Assembly (NCBI GenBank): GCA_035528115.1
Contig: DATKZF010000001.1
Span: 28,508-92,507 of the forward strand
Source: Candidatus Bipolaricaulota bacterium
GTDB lineage: Bacteria > Patescibacteriota > Patescibacteriia > UBA11705 > DATKZF01
Direction: 5' to 3'
DNA: 64,000 nucleotides
Part shown: one piece after another, positions 1-8,610 of the stretch
Layout: the number at the start of each line of letters is the position of its first letter
Position numbering within the stretch: position 1 is the first letter of the stretch
The notes under the pieces: generated by a model
The model's database searches: none
Seen by the model: only the letters and a program-made list of their open reading frames with translations
What the model was told of the DNA's origin: nothing
Made by a program: the position numbers and the translations under genes

Positions 1-719
1 GCGAGTGGGCGGATAACGCCAAAATCACCGCGTATCAAAAATTATTGCTCGATAAAATTTTCGCGGGAGGATCGGAAACGGTTAAGTTGGCTGATTTGAA
101 AGAAAAATTCGATTACAAAGATTCAGCCGCGTATATCAAATCCGCCAAAGATTATATTGAAGAAAAAAAATATTACGTCAATCCCGTGGCGACCAAAGGG
201 CTGTTTATTCTTTTGGGCATGTTTATTTTAGGCGCGGGCATCATTTTTGGCGCGGGCGCGCAAAATATGGCTCTGTTTCTGGGCTGTGTTGTCAGCGCGA
301 TAATCGTCATCGTCTTTGGGATTTTCATGCCGAAAAAATCAAAAGAAGGCATGGACATGCTTTGGCATGTCAAGGGATTGAAAGAATATATCAATGTGGC
401 GGAAAAAGACAGAATCAAGGGCGAGGAAGCGGCCAATATTTTCAGTAAGGTTCTGCCGTTCGCCATGGTAATGGGCATGACTGAAAAATGGGTCACCGTG
501 TTTGACGGTATTTTAAAACAGCCGCCGGAATGGCTGGAAGTCCAAAATCCGAATGTTTTCGCCATTCCTTATTTGTACACGGCGCTAAATGGCTTTGAGT
601 CTCAAGCCAATAAAGGTTTTGCCCCTGCTTATCAAAGCGGCGGCTCATCGGGCTCGAGCGGTTTTTCGGGAGGTTCTTCAGGCGGAGGGTTTGGAGGAGG
701 AGGTGGAGGAAGCTGGTAA
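1..719 (+). CDS. Membrane protein, C-terminal fragment (DUF2207-like); frame is open to the window start; Gly/Ser-rich tail GGSSGSSGFSGGSSGGGFGGGGGGSW
   Basis: ORF 45..719 has no upstream stop in frame back to position 1; central TM segment; glycine-rich C-terminus as in DUF2207/TPM-type membrane proteins. Confidence 0.4.
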   Translation, partial: EWADNAKITAYQKLLLDKIFAGGSETVKLADLKEKFDYKDSAAYIKSAKDYIEEKKYYVNPVATKGLFILLGMFILGAGIIFGAGAQNMALFLGCVVSAIIVIVFGIFMPKKSKEGMDMLWHVKGLKEYINVAEKDRIKGEEAANIFSKVLPFAMVMGMTEKWVTVFDGILKQPPEWLEVQNPNVFAIPYLYTALNGFESQANKGFAPAYQSGGSSGSSGFSGGSSGGGFGGGGGGSW

Positions 720-734
720 ATCCCAAATCATAAT

Positions 735-1433
735 ATGGAAAATATTCGTTTGCAAAAATACCTGGCCGATTGCGGCATTGCTTCTCGTCGGAGCGCCGAA
801 GAATTGATTTTGCGTGGAAAAGTCAAAGTCAACGGAAAAACGGTTAAAGAACTTGGCGTCAAAGTTGATCTGAAAGATAAAGTTGAATTTAATGGCAAAA
901 TTGTAAAGCCCGAACAAAAGAAAATTTACATCATGCTCAATAAGCCAATCGGCTATTTATCGACTGTAAAAAAAGGCAAAGAAAAAGGCAAAACCGTTTT
1001 GGATTTGGTCAAAGTCAAAGAAAGATTATTTCCGATCGGCCGGCTGGATAAAGATTCGAGCGGACTTTTGATCTTAACCAATGATGGCGACTTGGCTTTG
1101 AAATTGACTCATCCCAGATTTGAAAAAGAAAAGGAATATTCGGTGACGGTTGATAAAGAAATCACCAAAAGTTTTATCGAGCAAATGAAAAAGGGGGTTA
1201 AAATAACGGAGGGCAAAACTTTGCCGGCCAAAGTTAAACAAACTGACTCAAAGAATTTTCAAATCGTTTTGCGAGAAGGCAAGAACAGGCAAATCAGGAG
1301 AATGTGCGAGAGTTTGGGCTATCGAGTCCGGAGTTTGAGCCGAATCAGAATCAATAAATTGAAACTGGCCGGATTGAAAAGCGGGGAATTCAGATATTTG
1401 AATGAAGAGGAGATTAAGAATCTCGTGTTATGA
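735..1433 (+). CDS. rluB: Pseudouridine synthase, RsuA/RluB family (S4 domain plus catalytic PIGRLDKDSSGLLILTNDG motif)
   Basis: N-terminal S4 RNA-binding region (LQKYLADCGIASRR) and RluB/RsuA catalytic Asp motif. Confidence 0.75.
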   Translation: MENIRLQKYLADCGIASRRSAEELILRGKVKVNGKTVKELGVKVDLKDKVEFNGKIVKPEQKKIYIMLNKPIGYLSTVKKGKEKGKTVLDLVKVKERLFPIGRLDKDSSGLLILTNDGDLALKLTHPRFEKEKEYSVTVDKEITKSFIEQMKKGVKITEGKTLPAKVKQTDSKNFQIVLREGKNRQIRRMCESLGYRVRSLSRIRINKLKLAGLKSGEFRYLNEEEIKNLVL

Positions 1434-1435
1434 AT

Positions 1436-1553
1436 ATTGTTACGAATTACAAGATTCTAAGGCATATAGCTATAGATGAATGTAATTCGTAACAAATAAC
1501 CTGAAAGCTAAATAGAATATTGTAATTCGTAACAATGCAACAATGAAGCAATG
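1436..1553. repeat. MITE-like repeat, family 1 copy A: 21-bp terminal inverted repeats TTGTTACGAATTACAAGATTC / GAATATTGTAATTCGTAACAA, ending in CAATGAAGCAATG
   Basis: Inverted repeats read directly; the same unit recurs at 4401-4573, 5903-6110 and 42169-42390. Confidence 0.7.
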
Positions 1554-1588
1554 TGCTATAATTAAAATGAATATACAAATAAAAACAC

Positions 1589-2977
1589 ATGCTCTACAAA
1601 CCATGCGGAGCGGCGCGAGAAGTGACCGGCTCCAGACATTTATTTGAAATAAATAAAAATAAAATACTGTTTGATTGCGGCTTGTTTCAGGGCGGCAAAA
1701 GGGGCGAAGCGGACAAGAAAAACCGTGAGTTTTTGTTTGATCCCAAGGAAATAAAAGCTTTGGTTTTAAGCCACGCGCACATAGATCACGCCGGCATCAT
1801 TCCGCGATTGGTAAAATTAGGTTTTAAGGGATTCATTCATTCTACGGCCATCACCAAGGAATTGGTGGAGCTATTGTTGCTTGATTCAGTAAAAATTCAA
1901 AAACAAGACGCCAGATACAGCGGCCGGCACCTGAATAGAAAAATCGAGCCGCTCTATAATGAGGTTGATGTCAGAAAGGCCGTCAGTTTGTTCGTTGTTC
2001 ATTCTTATCACGACGAGTTTAAGCCGATCAAAGGCGCGACCATCGAGTTTTTCGACGCCGGACATGTTTTGGGCTCGGCCATAACGTTGGCGAATTTCAA
2101 CGAAGCGTCTCGAAATTTGAAATTGATCTACACCGGAGATTTGGGCAGAAAAAATTTGCCTATCTTAAATGATCCGGAACAAGTCGAGAAAGGAGATGTT
2201 TTGATCACCGAAACGACTTATGCCAGCCACTTGCATGAATCAAATCTTCAAGCCAAGCAAGAGATCGAATGGATCATCAATGACGTGGTCGGCCGCGGTG
2301 GAAAAATAATCGTGCCAGGATTTTCGCTCGAGCGCACTCAGGAACTGGTTTATATTTTGAATCAGCTGTATCAGGAGAAGAAAATTCCGCCGGTGCCCGT
2401 TTTTGTGGACAGTCCGCTGTCAACCAAGATTTCCAAAGTGTTTATGAGGCATCCGGAAGCCTATGACAAAGAAACCGCGCAGGAGTTTTTGCAAAAAAAG
2501 AAAAGTCCATTTTATTTCGACAGTTTGAAATATATTACGGACAAGGAGGACTCGCAAAAATTGAATTCATTCAAAAAATCCTGCATTATAATTTCCGCTT
2601 CTGGCATGTGCGAGGCGGGCAGGATCGTGCATCACTTGAAGTTCAATGTCAGCGACGCCAAAAATTTGATCCTGGTCGTCGGCTACATGGCCAAAGGCAC
2701 CTTGGGCAGGCAATTGGTGGAAAAGCAAAATTATGTTTACATTTTGGGCGAAAAATATCCGCTGCGAGCGCAGGTGGTCGTGCTGAATTCATTTTCCGCT
2801 CACGCGGACAAGCCCGAGTTGCTTGAATTCGCCGGTAATATAAAGGGATTGAAAAAAATATTTTGCGTTCACGGCGAAGAAACGGAAAGTTTGGTGATGA
2901 GGGATAATCTGTATAATATCAATAAATTCACGGGTAAAGTCGAAGTCCCGAGATTGGGAGAAACTTTTATTTTGTGA
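1589..2977 (+). CDS. Metallo-beta-lactamase fold beta-CASP ribonuclease (RNase J / CPSF-like)
   Basis: HAHIDHAG MBL motif; beta-CASP architecture; 462 aa; stop overlaps the start of the downstream isomerase gene. Confidence 0.65.
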   Translation: MLYKPCGAAREVTGSRHLFEINKNKILFDCGLFQGGKRGEADKKNREFLFDPKEIKALVLSHAHIDHAGIIPRLVKLGFKGFIHSTAITKELVELLLLDSVKIQKQDARYSGRHLNRKIEPLYNEVDVRKAVSLFVVHSYHDEFKPIKGATIEFFDAGHVLGSAITLANFNEASRNLKLIYTGDLGRKNLPILNDPEQVEKGDVLITETTYASHLHESNLQAKQEIEWIINDVVGRGGKIIVPGFSLERTQELVYILNQLYQEKKIPPVPVFVDSPLSTKISKVFMRHPEAYDKETAQEFLQKKKSPFYFDSLKYITDKEDSQKLNSFKKSCIIISASGMCEAGRIVHHLKFNVSDAKNLILVVGYMAKGTLGRQLVEKQNYVYILGEKYPLRAQVVVLNSFSAHADKPELLEFAGNIKGLKKIFCVHGEETESLVMRDNLYNINKFTGKVEVPRLGETFIL

Positions 2978-2978
2978 T

Positions 2979-3911
2979 ATGAATTTCGTCGATCAAATTT
3001 ATAAAAAAATAGTCAATATTGAAATTCAGGGCGCGACGAGTGTCTGCGAGGCCGTGCTTTTGGCGCTGAAAAAAGAGTCGGCTGACAAAAAAATGAAAAC
3101 TTCCGCCGATTTGATAAGAAGTTTGCATCGGGTCGGCCATTATTTGAGCCGCGCCAGAGCGACCGAACCAATGGCCGAAAACGCGGTCAGGTTTGTCGAG
3201 CATCATTTGAGGCAAAATAGGGAAATGGAATTGAAAGAATTGAGAGTTTTAATAAAGCGCGGCATTGACGGATTTTTGTTTCGCTTGGCGACCAATAAAA
3301 AAAATATTCGCGATGTCGGCGAGCGGTTGATTGAAGACGAAGACAATGTCTTCACCCATTGCCATTCGTCAACGGTGATCGATGTTTTGGCCGAGGCGAA
3401 AAAGAACAAGAAGAAAATTCATGTTTTCAATACGGAAACCAGGCCTCTTTTTCAAGGCAGAATCACCTCAAAGGAATTGATTAAGAAAAAAATTGAAAAC
3501 ACGCAGGTCGTTGATTCGGCCGGACCGTTTTTCGTCAGTCAATACACAAAAGATTATGACATGGATGTTTTGTTGCTGGGTTGCGATGCTATTTCCCAAA
3601 GCGGTGACGCCGTGAATAAGATCGGTTCGCTCGGCTTGGCTTTGGCGGCCAAAGAAGCTGATATTCCCGTTTACATCGCCACGCAATCTTTAAAATTGGA
3701 TCTTGACGCCAAATATTTGAAAAATTTGGAAATTGAAAAGCGTCCAAGCAAGGAGATTTGGCCCGGCGCGCCGGAAGGCGTTGAAATAATCAATTACGCT
3801 TTTGATATTATTCCGGCCAAATACATTACCGGTTTCATTACCGAACTCGGCGTCCTAAAGCCGAAGCGTTTGGCCAAAAGCGTCAAAGCGGCTTACCCGT
3901 TTTTAATATGA
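2979..3911 (+). CDS. e2b2: Ribose-1,5-bisphosphate isomerase (eIF-2B alpha/beta/delta-like)
   Basis: eIF-2B-like family features; sits in an operon with form III RuBisCO and AMP phosphorylase, as in archaeal and CPR AMP salvage. Confidence 0.65.
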   Translation: MNFVDQIYKKIVNIEIQGATSVCEAVLLALKKESADKKMKTSADLIRSLHRVGHYLSRARATEPMAENAVRFVEHHLRQNREMELKELRVLIKRGIDGFLFRLATNKKNIRDVGERLIEDEDNVFTHCHSSTVIDVLAEAKKNKKKIHVFNTETRPLFQGRITSKELIKKKIENTQVVDSAGPFFVSQYTKDYDMDVLLLGCDAISQSGDAVNKIGSLGLALAAKEADIPVYIATQSLKLDLDAKYLKNLEIEKRPSKEIWPGAPEGVEIINYAFDIIPAKYITGFITELGVLKPKRLAKSVKAAYPFLI

Positions 3912-4354
3912 TTAAGTTGATCATTTGGGATTTGCTTGGCGTGCTCTATGAAAACGGGGAAGTCAATCCGTTTGCTCGGGCAATCTTAGCTGAATTTGAA
4001 AAAAAGAGTATTGAAAACGTTTGCGTCAGCAATCTTTCACCGGACACGGTTCATCGACTCGCTGAGCAATTAAATATCAAACATGTTATAATATGCCAAG
4101 AAGAAGGTTTTTCTAAGAAAGAAACGCCGGTTTACGAAAAGGTCTTGTCCGATTTTAAAGTAAAAGCAAATGAGGTTTTATTTATTGACGATAATGAGAG
4201 CAATTTGGCGGCCGCGCGAAAAATAGGTATAAAAACGGCCGTTTTTAGAGGAAAAAAGGGCAATGCGGATTTTGCGATTGATGATTTGGTAGATGTTTGG
4301 GGGATACTTGCACATATCATGGATCATGCCTGCCCGCCGACCTGTCCGCCGTAG
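3908..4354 (+). CDS. HAD-superfamily phosphatase (short); candidate nucleotidase or phosphoglycolate phosphatase
   Basis: DxD-type motif I (IIWDLLGVL) and motif IV (FIDDNESN); start overlaps e2b2 stop by 4 nt. Confidence 0.55.
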   Translation: MIKLIIWDLLGVLYENGEVNPFARAILAEFEKKSIENVCVSNLSPDTVHRLAEQLNIKHVIICQEEGFSKKETPVYEKVLSDFKVKANEVLFIDDNESNLAAARKIGIKTAVFRGKKGNADFAIDDLVDVWGILAHIMDHACPPTCPP

Positions 4355-4400
4355 CTTCACCGGAGGCGGAAGCTTAAGAGCGAAGGCGGGGATCACGTAT

Positions 4401-4573
4401 CATGGAGCATTGTTACGAATTAAAATCATCGAGTAGGCCGATTAATACATTTTACGAATTACATTCACTTATAGCTTTATGCCTAAGCATCTTGTAATAC
4501 GTAACAAATTACCTAAAAGCTAAATAGAATCTTGTAATTCGTAACAATGAAACAATGGAGCAATGGAGCAATC
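4401..4573. repeat. MITE-like repeat, family 1 copy B (~170 bp), ending CAATGGAGCAATGGAGCAATC, ~60 nt upstream of the rbcL start
   Basis: Near-identical to copy D (42169-42390); contains the TTGTAATTCGTAACAA core in both orientations. Confidence 0.7.
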
Positions 4574-4635
4574 TTCGCCTTGTAATCCCGGTTTCCGGTT
4601 TCAAATTACCCATTATCGATTACTAACCATAAAAT

Positions 4636-5901
4636 ATGTCCTCAATAAAATTCGTTGAAATCGGCTACAAACCAAAGGTTGAAAAGGAGCTGATCGCTAC
4701 TTTTTACATGGAGCCGCATAAAGTTAAATTTCACGAAGCGGCGGACGCCGTGGCCGGCGAAAGCTCAATCGGGTCTTGGACGGAGCTGAAAACCTTGAGT
4801 CCGAAAACCGCAGTTCGTCTGAAGGCGCGGGTGTTTTATATCAACGAGAAAAAAAAGATCATCAAAATAGCTTATCCCATGGATTTGTTCGAGAAAGGCA
4901 GTATCCCGCAGTTGCTTTCAAGTCTGGGCGGTAACATTTTCGGCATGAAAGCCGTGAAAAATTTGCGTTGGCAAGATATTGAATTTCCAAAAAAATACAT
5001 TGATTCTTTCATGGGACCGGCTTTCGGAATTGAAGGAATCAGAAAAATTTTAAAAGTGAAAAACAGAGTTCTTTTGGGCAGTATCATCAAGCCGAAAGTG
5101 GGTTTGTCCGCCTTGGCGCAAGCCAAATTATCCGCGGTCGTCTGGCTCAACGGCATTGACTTGATCAAAGACGATGAGAATTTGACGGACATGGCTTTCA
5201 ATCGATTCGAAGATCGAGTGAAAAAAGTTTTTGAATGGAAGCGCAAAGTGGAAAAGGAAACCAAACAAGAAAAACTTTACGCCTGCAATATTACGGCCAC
5301 GCCTGATGAAATGCTCAGACGCGCCAAGTTGGTTAAAAAATACGGAGGCAGGTGCGTAATGATCGATTTGGTCTCGGTCGGTTTGGACAATGTCCAGTAT
5401 TTGCGAAAACAAAAATTAGGTTTGATAATTCACGGCCATCGAGCCGGTCACGCCATGTTCACTCGGTACAAAAAGCACGGCATGAGCATGCTTGTTTTGG
5501 CCAAGTTGTCCAGATTGGCCGGCATTGATCAATTGCACACGGGCACGGTTGTCGGTAAAATGGAAGGCAATGAAGAAGAGGTCATGACAGTCAATAATTT
5601 GCTTAAAGAAGATTGGGCCGCGTATAATGTCGTCAGAGAAGATTGGAGCAATATTAAGCCGGTGATGCCGATAGCGTCGGGCGGCTTGCATCCCGGGTTA
5701 TTGCCGAAATTGATTGAGATATTGGGGCAGGATTTGATTGTTAATTTCGGCGCGGGCATTCACGGACATCCTGACGGCTCGGCTGCCGGCGCCAGAGCCT
5801 GCTATCAAGCGGCCGAAGCGATCAGTAAAGGCATTGATTTGAAAAAATACGCTGAGGATCATGTTGAATTGGCCAGAGCGTTGGAGTATTGGAAATCCTG
5901 A
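4636..5901 (+). CDS. rbcL: Ribulose-1,5-bisphosphate carboxylase large subunit, form II/III (AMP-salvage type)
   Basis: KPKVGLS, GIDLIKDDE and GGLHPG motifs; 421 aa; no small subunit; typical form III N-terminus. Confidence 0.85.
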   Translation: MSSIKFVEIGYKPKVEKELIATFYMEPHKVKFHEAADAVAGESSIGSWTELKTLSPKTAVRLKARVFYINEKKKIIKIAYPMDLFEKGSIPQLLSSLGGNIFGMKAVKNLRWQDIEFPKKYIDSFMGPAFGIEGIRKILKVKNRVLLGSIIKPKVGLSALAQAKLSAVVWLNGIDLIKDDENLTDMAFNRFEDRVKKVFEWKRKVEKETKQEKLYACNITATPDEMLRRAKLVKKYGGRCVMIDLVSVGLDNVQYLRKQKLGLIIHGHRAGHAMFTRYKKHGMSMLVLAKLSRLAGIDQLHTGTVVGKMEGNEEEVMTVNNLLKEDWAAYNVVREDWSNIKPVMPIASGGLHPGLLPKLIEILGQDLIVNFGAGIHGHPDGSAAGARACYQAAEAISKGIDLKKYAEDHVELARALEYWKS

Positions 5902-5902
5902 C

Positions 5903-6110
5903 GGATGTTACGAATTACAAGATTCACTTTGGCTTACAAACGGTTGTTACGAATTACAAGATTCTAAGGCATATTTTCTAGCTATAGATGAATGTAATTC
6001 GTAACAAATAACCTAAAAGCTAAACAGAATATTGTAATTCGTAACAGATAACCTGAAAGCTAAATAGAAGATTGTAATTCGTAACATAAACGTATTCGTA
6101 ATAAACGATT
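5903..6110. repeat. Nested or tandem cluster of family 1 MITE-like repeats (at least two units) between rbcL and the AMP phosphorylase gene
   Basis: Repeated TGTTACGAATTACAAGATTC and ATGTAATTCGTAACAAATAACCTNAAAGCTAAANAGAANATTGTAATTCGTAACA units. Confidence 0.7.
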
Positions 6111-6223
6111 AACCAAAGACCAAGGCTAGCTTATTAGCCGTAATGATTTGTAACGTATTCGTAACAAATATAACGCCAAGGCTAGCTAATTTAGAAGCAA
6201 TTATTTGTAACATGTAACGTATG
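6110..6223 (+). promoter_or_regulatory. Tandem family 2 leader element (two CCAAGGCTAGC...ATTTGTAAC units) running into the AMP phosphorylase ATG
   Basis: Same two-unit architecture found directly upstream of the VIT-family gene at 49191-49274. Confidence 0.5.
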
Positions 6224-7723
6224 GCTTTTTACCTAAAATGCAAAAAACTAGATTTCTCCACGGGCGACAAGCAAATCGTGGTGATCAATGATGAAGAAGC
6301 TGAAAGCTACGGCATTTATCCGGGAGATCGCTTGCTTTTGCAATGGAGCAAAAATAAAAAAGCGGCGGTGATCGCGGATACCACGGCCTCCAAAGTCAGG
6401 CCCGGCGAAATCGGTTTGTTTTCGGAAGTTTGGCGCAAATCCAATGTTGAATCGGGAGATATAGTGGAAGTGAATATCATGTCCAGACCTTTGTCCATTG
6501 AAACGATCAGAAAAAAGCTTTTGGGAAAACCCGTTACGTATGAAGAAATTTACGCGGTAATTAAGGATATTGTGGACGGCACGCTGGGTACCGTAGAGAC
6601 CACCTATTACGCGGCTTCAAGTTTCGTCAAAGACTATTCGATAGACGAACTTTATTATGTGGCCAAGGCCATGGCCGAAACGGGCGAGCAAATGGAATTG
6701 AAAGAGCGGATGGTGGACAAACATTCGGTCGGCGGTTTGGCCGGCAACAGAGTGACCCCTCTGGTCGTGTCCATTGTGGCTTCCTTGGGTTTGTATATTC
6801 CCAAAACGTCTTCTCGGGCGATCACGTCTCCGGCCGGCACGGCCGACACCATGGAAGTGATTTGTCCCGTTTCTTTTTCAATGGCGGAAATAAAAAAAAT
6901 AGTCAAAAAAACTCACGGCTGTTTTGTTTGGGGCGGCGGTCTTAATCTCGCGCCCGCCGATGATAAAATCATTAAAGTCTCCAGGCCGCTGGCGTTTGAG
7001 CCTTACGATAAAATGATTGTCAGCATTTTAGCCAAAAAGGTGGCCATGGGAGTTGATGATTTGGTTTTGGATATTCCGGTCGGTCCTTCGACCAAAGTGC
7101 CGGACATGGTTAAAGCCAACATGATTGAAAAAAAATTCATGGCCCTAGGCAAACGATTCGGCATGAAAATCAAAGCGGTGAAAACCAAAGCTTTGGAGCC
7201 GGTGGGCGACGGTATCGGGCCGGCCCTGGAAGCGCGCGATATTTTCCGCGTTTTGCAAAGGCATAAATTTCGACCGCTTGATTTGGAGAAAAAAGCCATT
7301 TTATTAGCGGGCGAGTTGCTCGAGCTCAATGGTTTCGCGAAAAAAGGCCATGGCAAAGCCATGGCCATGCAACAGCTTAAATCAAGCGCGGCCTGGGAGA
7401 AAATGAATGAAATCGTGGTGGCGCAAGGAGGCAAAGCCAACCAGCATTCCGAGGATTTCACTTCCGGAGCCAAGCGATATGAAATTCACGCGAAAAAGTC
7501 CGGCAAAGTGACGGCCATTGACAATAAAGCGATCAATGAAATTTGCATGAATTTGGGCGCTCCGAGCGACAAATTGGCCGGACTGCACCTCCATGTTCAT
7601 TATGGCGCCAAGGTTAAAAAAGGCGATAAATTGTTCACCGTTTACGGCTCATCGGATGACAGGCTGAAATTGGGCGTTTTGGCCAGCCGGGAGGTGGAAA
7701 TTTTCAAGATAAGCAAGAAATAA
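6221..7723 (+). CDS. deoA: AMP phosphorylase (thymidine phosphorylase family with archaeal-type N-terminal extension)
   Basis: 500 aa; pyrimidine-nucleoside phosphorylase fold plus the N-terminal extension typical of AMPpases; syntenic with rbcL and e2b2. Confidence 0.75.
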   Translation: MAFYLKCKKLDFSTGDKQIVVINDEEAESYGIYPGDRLLLQWSKNKKAAVIADTTASKVRPGEIGLFSEVWRKSNVESGDIVEVNIMSRPLSIETIRKKLLGKPVTYEEIYAVIKDIVDGTLGTVETTYYAASSFVKDYSIDELYYVAKAMAETGEQMELKERMVDKHSVGGLAGNRVTPLVVSIVASLGLYIPKTSSRAITSPAGTADTMEVICPVSFSMAEIKKIVKKTHGCFVWGGGLNLAPADDKIIKVSRPLAFEPYDKMIVSILAKKVAMGVDDLVLDIPVGPSTKVPDMVKANMIEKKFMALGKRFGMKIKAVKTKALEPVGDGIGPALEARDIFRVLQRHKFRPLDLEKKAILLAGELLELNGFAKKGHGKAMAMQQLKSSAAWEKMNEIVVAQGGKANQHSEDFTSGAKRYEIHAKKSGKVTAIDNKAINEICMNLGAPSDKLAGLHLHVHYGAKVKKGDKLFTVYGSSDDRLKLGVLASREVEIFKISKK

Positions 7724-7788
7724 TCGGCGCTGTTGCATTGCCGGATATTCTTTGATAATATATATTCATAAATAATAATTTCTATACT

Positions 7789-8532
7789 ATGGAAAAAAAT
7801 AAATCGAATTTTTGGATGGGATTTTTCGTGGGCTTGGCTTGCGTCAGTTTATTGTGTTTTTTGGGCTTGTTGATTTTCGTCTTCAGTCAGGGTGAAAACG
7901 TTAATTTGGCGGAGAAGGTTCAAGCGCAAGACGAACAGGATGTTGTCAGCGACATTAATCCGGTCGAGCAATATGCCGCGATTCCTCCATTGACGGCCGA
8001 TGACTATGTCAAAGGCGATCCGAACGCCAAAGTCGTTTTAATCGAATATTCGGATTTTGAATGTCCTTATTGTTTAATGCATTCGCAAACCATGGAACAA
8101 ATTGAAGATTTTTACGGCAATCAAATTGCCATCTCGTTCAGAAATTTTCCGCTGTCGTTTCATCCCGAGGCTCAAAAAGCGGCTGAAGCGGCTGAATGCG
8201 CGGGAGTTCAAGGCAAGTTTTGGGAAATGCATGACAAGCTTTTTGACATGAATGAGGCCGGAACACTTGGTTTGGATAATTTCAAGGCCGCGGCCAAAGA
8301 GTTGGGTTTGAACACGACAAAATTCAATCAATGCTTGGATGGCGGCGAAATGGCGGCCAGGATCGCAGAGCAGGCTTCCTTGGCGCAACAAGCCGGAGTA
8401 TCCGGCACGCCGGCGACTTTCGTGAACGGAGATTTGGTCAGCGGAGCCAGGCCGTTAGAGGATTTTACGGATCAAGATGGAAATTTGGCGCCGGGATTTC
8501 AAACTATTATCGAAACTTATTTGGGTGAATAA
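7789..8532 (+). CDS. DsbA-like thiol:disulfide oxidoreductase (thioredoxin fold, CPYC active site) with N-terminal membrane anchor
   Basis: FECPYC motif; N-terminal TM helix. Confidence 0.7.
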   Translation: MEKNKSNFWMGFFVGLACVSLLCFLGLLIFVFSQGENVNLAEKVQAQDEQDVVSDINPVEQYAAIPPLTADDYVKGDPNAKVVLIEYSDFECPYCLMHSQTMEQIEDFYGNQIAISFRNFPLSFHPEAQKAAEAAECAGVQGKFWEMHDKLFDMNEAGTLGLDNFKAAAKELGLNTTKFNQCLDGGEMAARIAEQASLAQQAGVSGTPATFVNGDLVSGARPLEDFTDQDGNLAPGFQTIIETYLGE

Positions 8533-8546
8533 TTACAACGAAACAT

Positions 8547-8576
8547 AAAAAGACCGCGAGAAGCGGTCTTTTTAAA
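8547..8576. terminator. Bidirectional intrinsic terminator (AGACCGCGAGAAGCGGTCT hairpin flanked by A/T runs)
   Basis: Perfect 7-bp GC-rich stem with T-run on + and A-run upstream; lies between convergent genes. Confidence 0.6.
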
Positions 8577-8610
8577 ATTAAAAAAGGTCAGCCGTGATGA
8601 TAGCTGAACC

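Noticed and set aside
1567-1650. Alternative start of the beta-CASP gene at the ATG at 1567 (MNIQIKTHALQTMRSGAR...)
   Set aside because: That ATG is in a different frame and hits a stop after 27 codons. The conserved N-terminal motif (..GAAREVTGSRHLFEI...ILFDCG) is in the 1589 frame.
2608-2826. ORF 2608..2826 (Arg/Gly-rich) inside the beta-CASP gene
   Set aside because: It lies within the conserved beta-CASP reading frame and is low-complexity, typical of an off-frame artefact.
6110-6223. yybP-ykoY Mn2+ riboswitch upstream of the VIT and AMP phosphorylase genes
   Set aside because: This riboswitch is often associated with metal exporters, but the shared leader lacks its conserved core and its four-way-junction-like arrangement. 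The tandem-unit architecture argues for a DNA-level or different RNA element.
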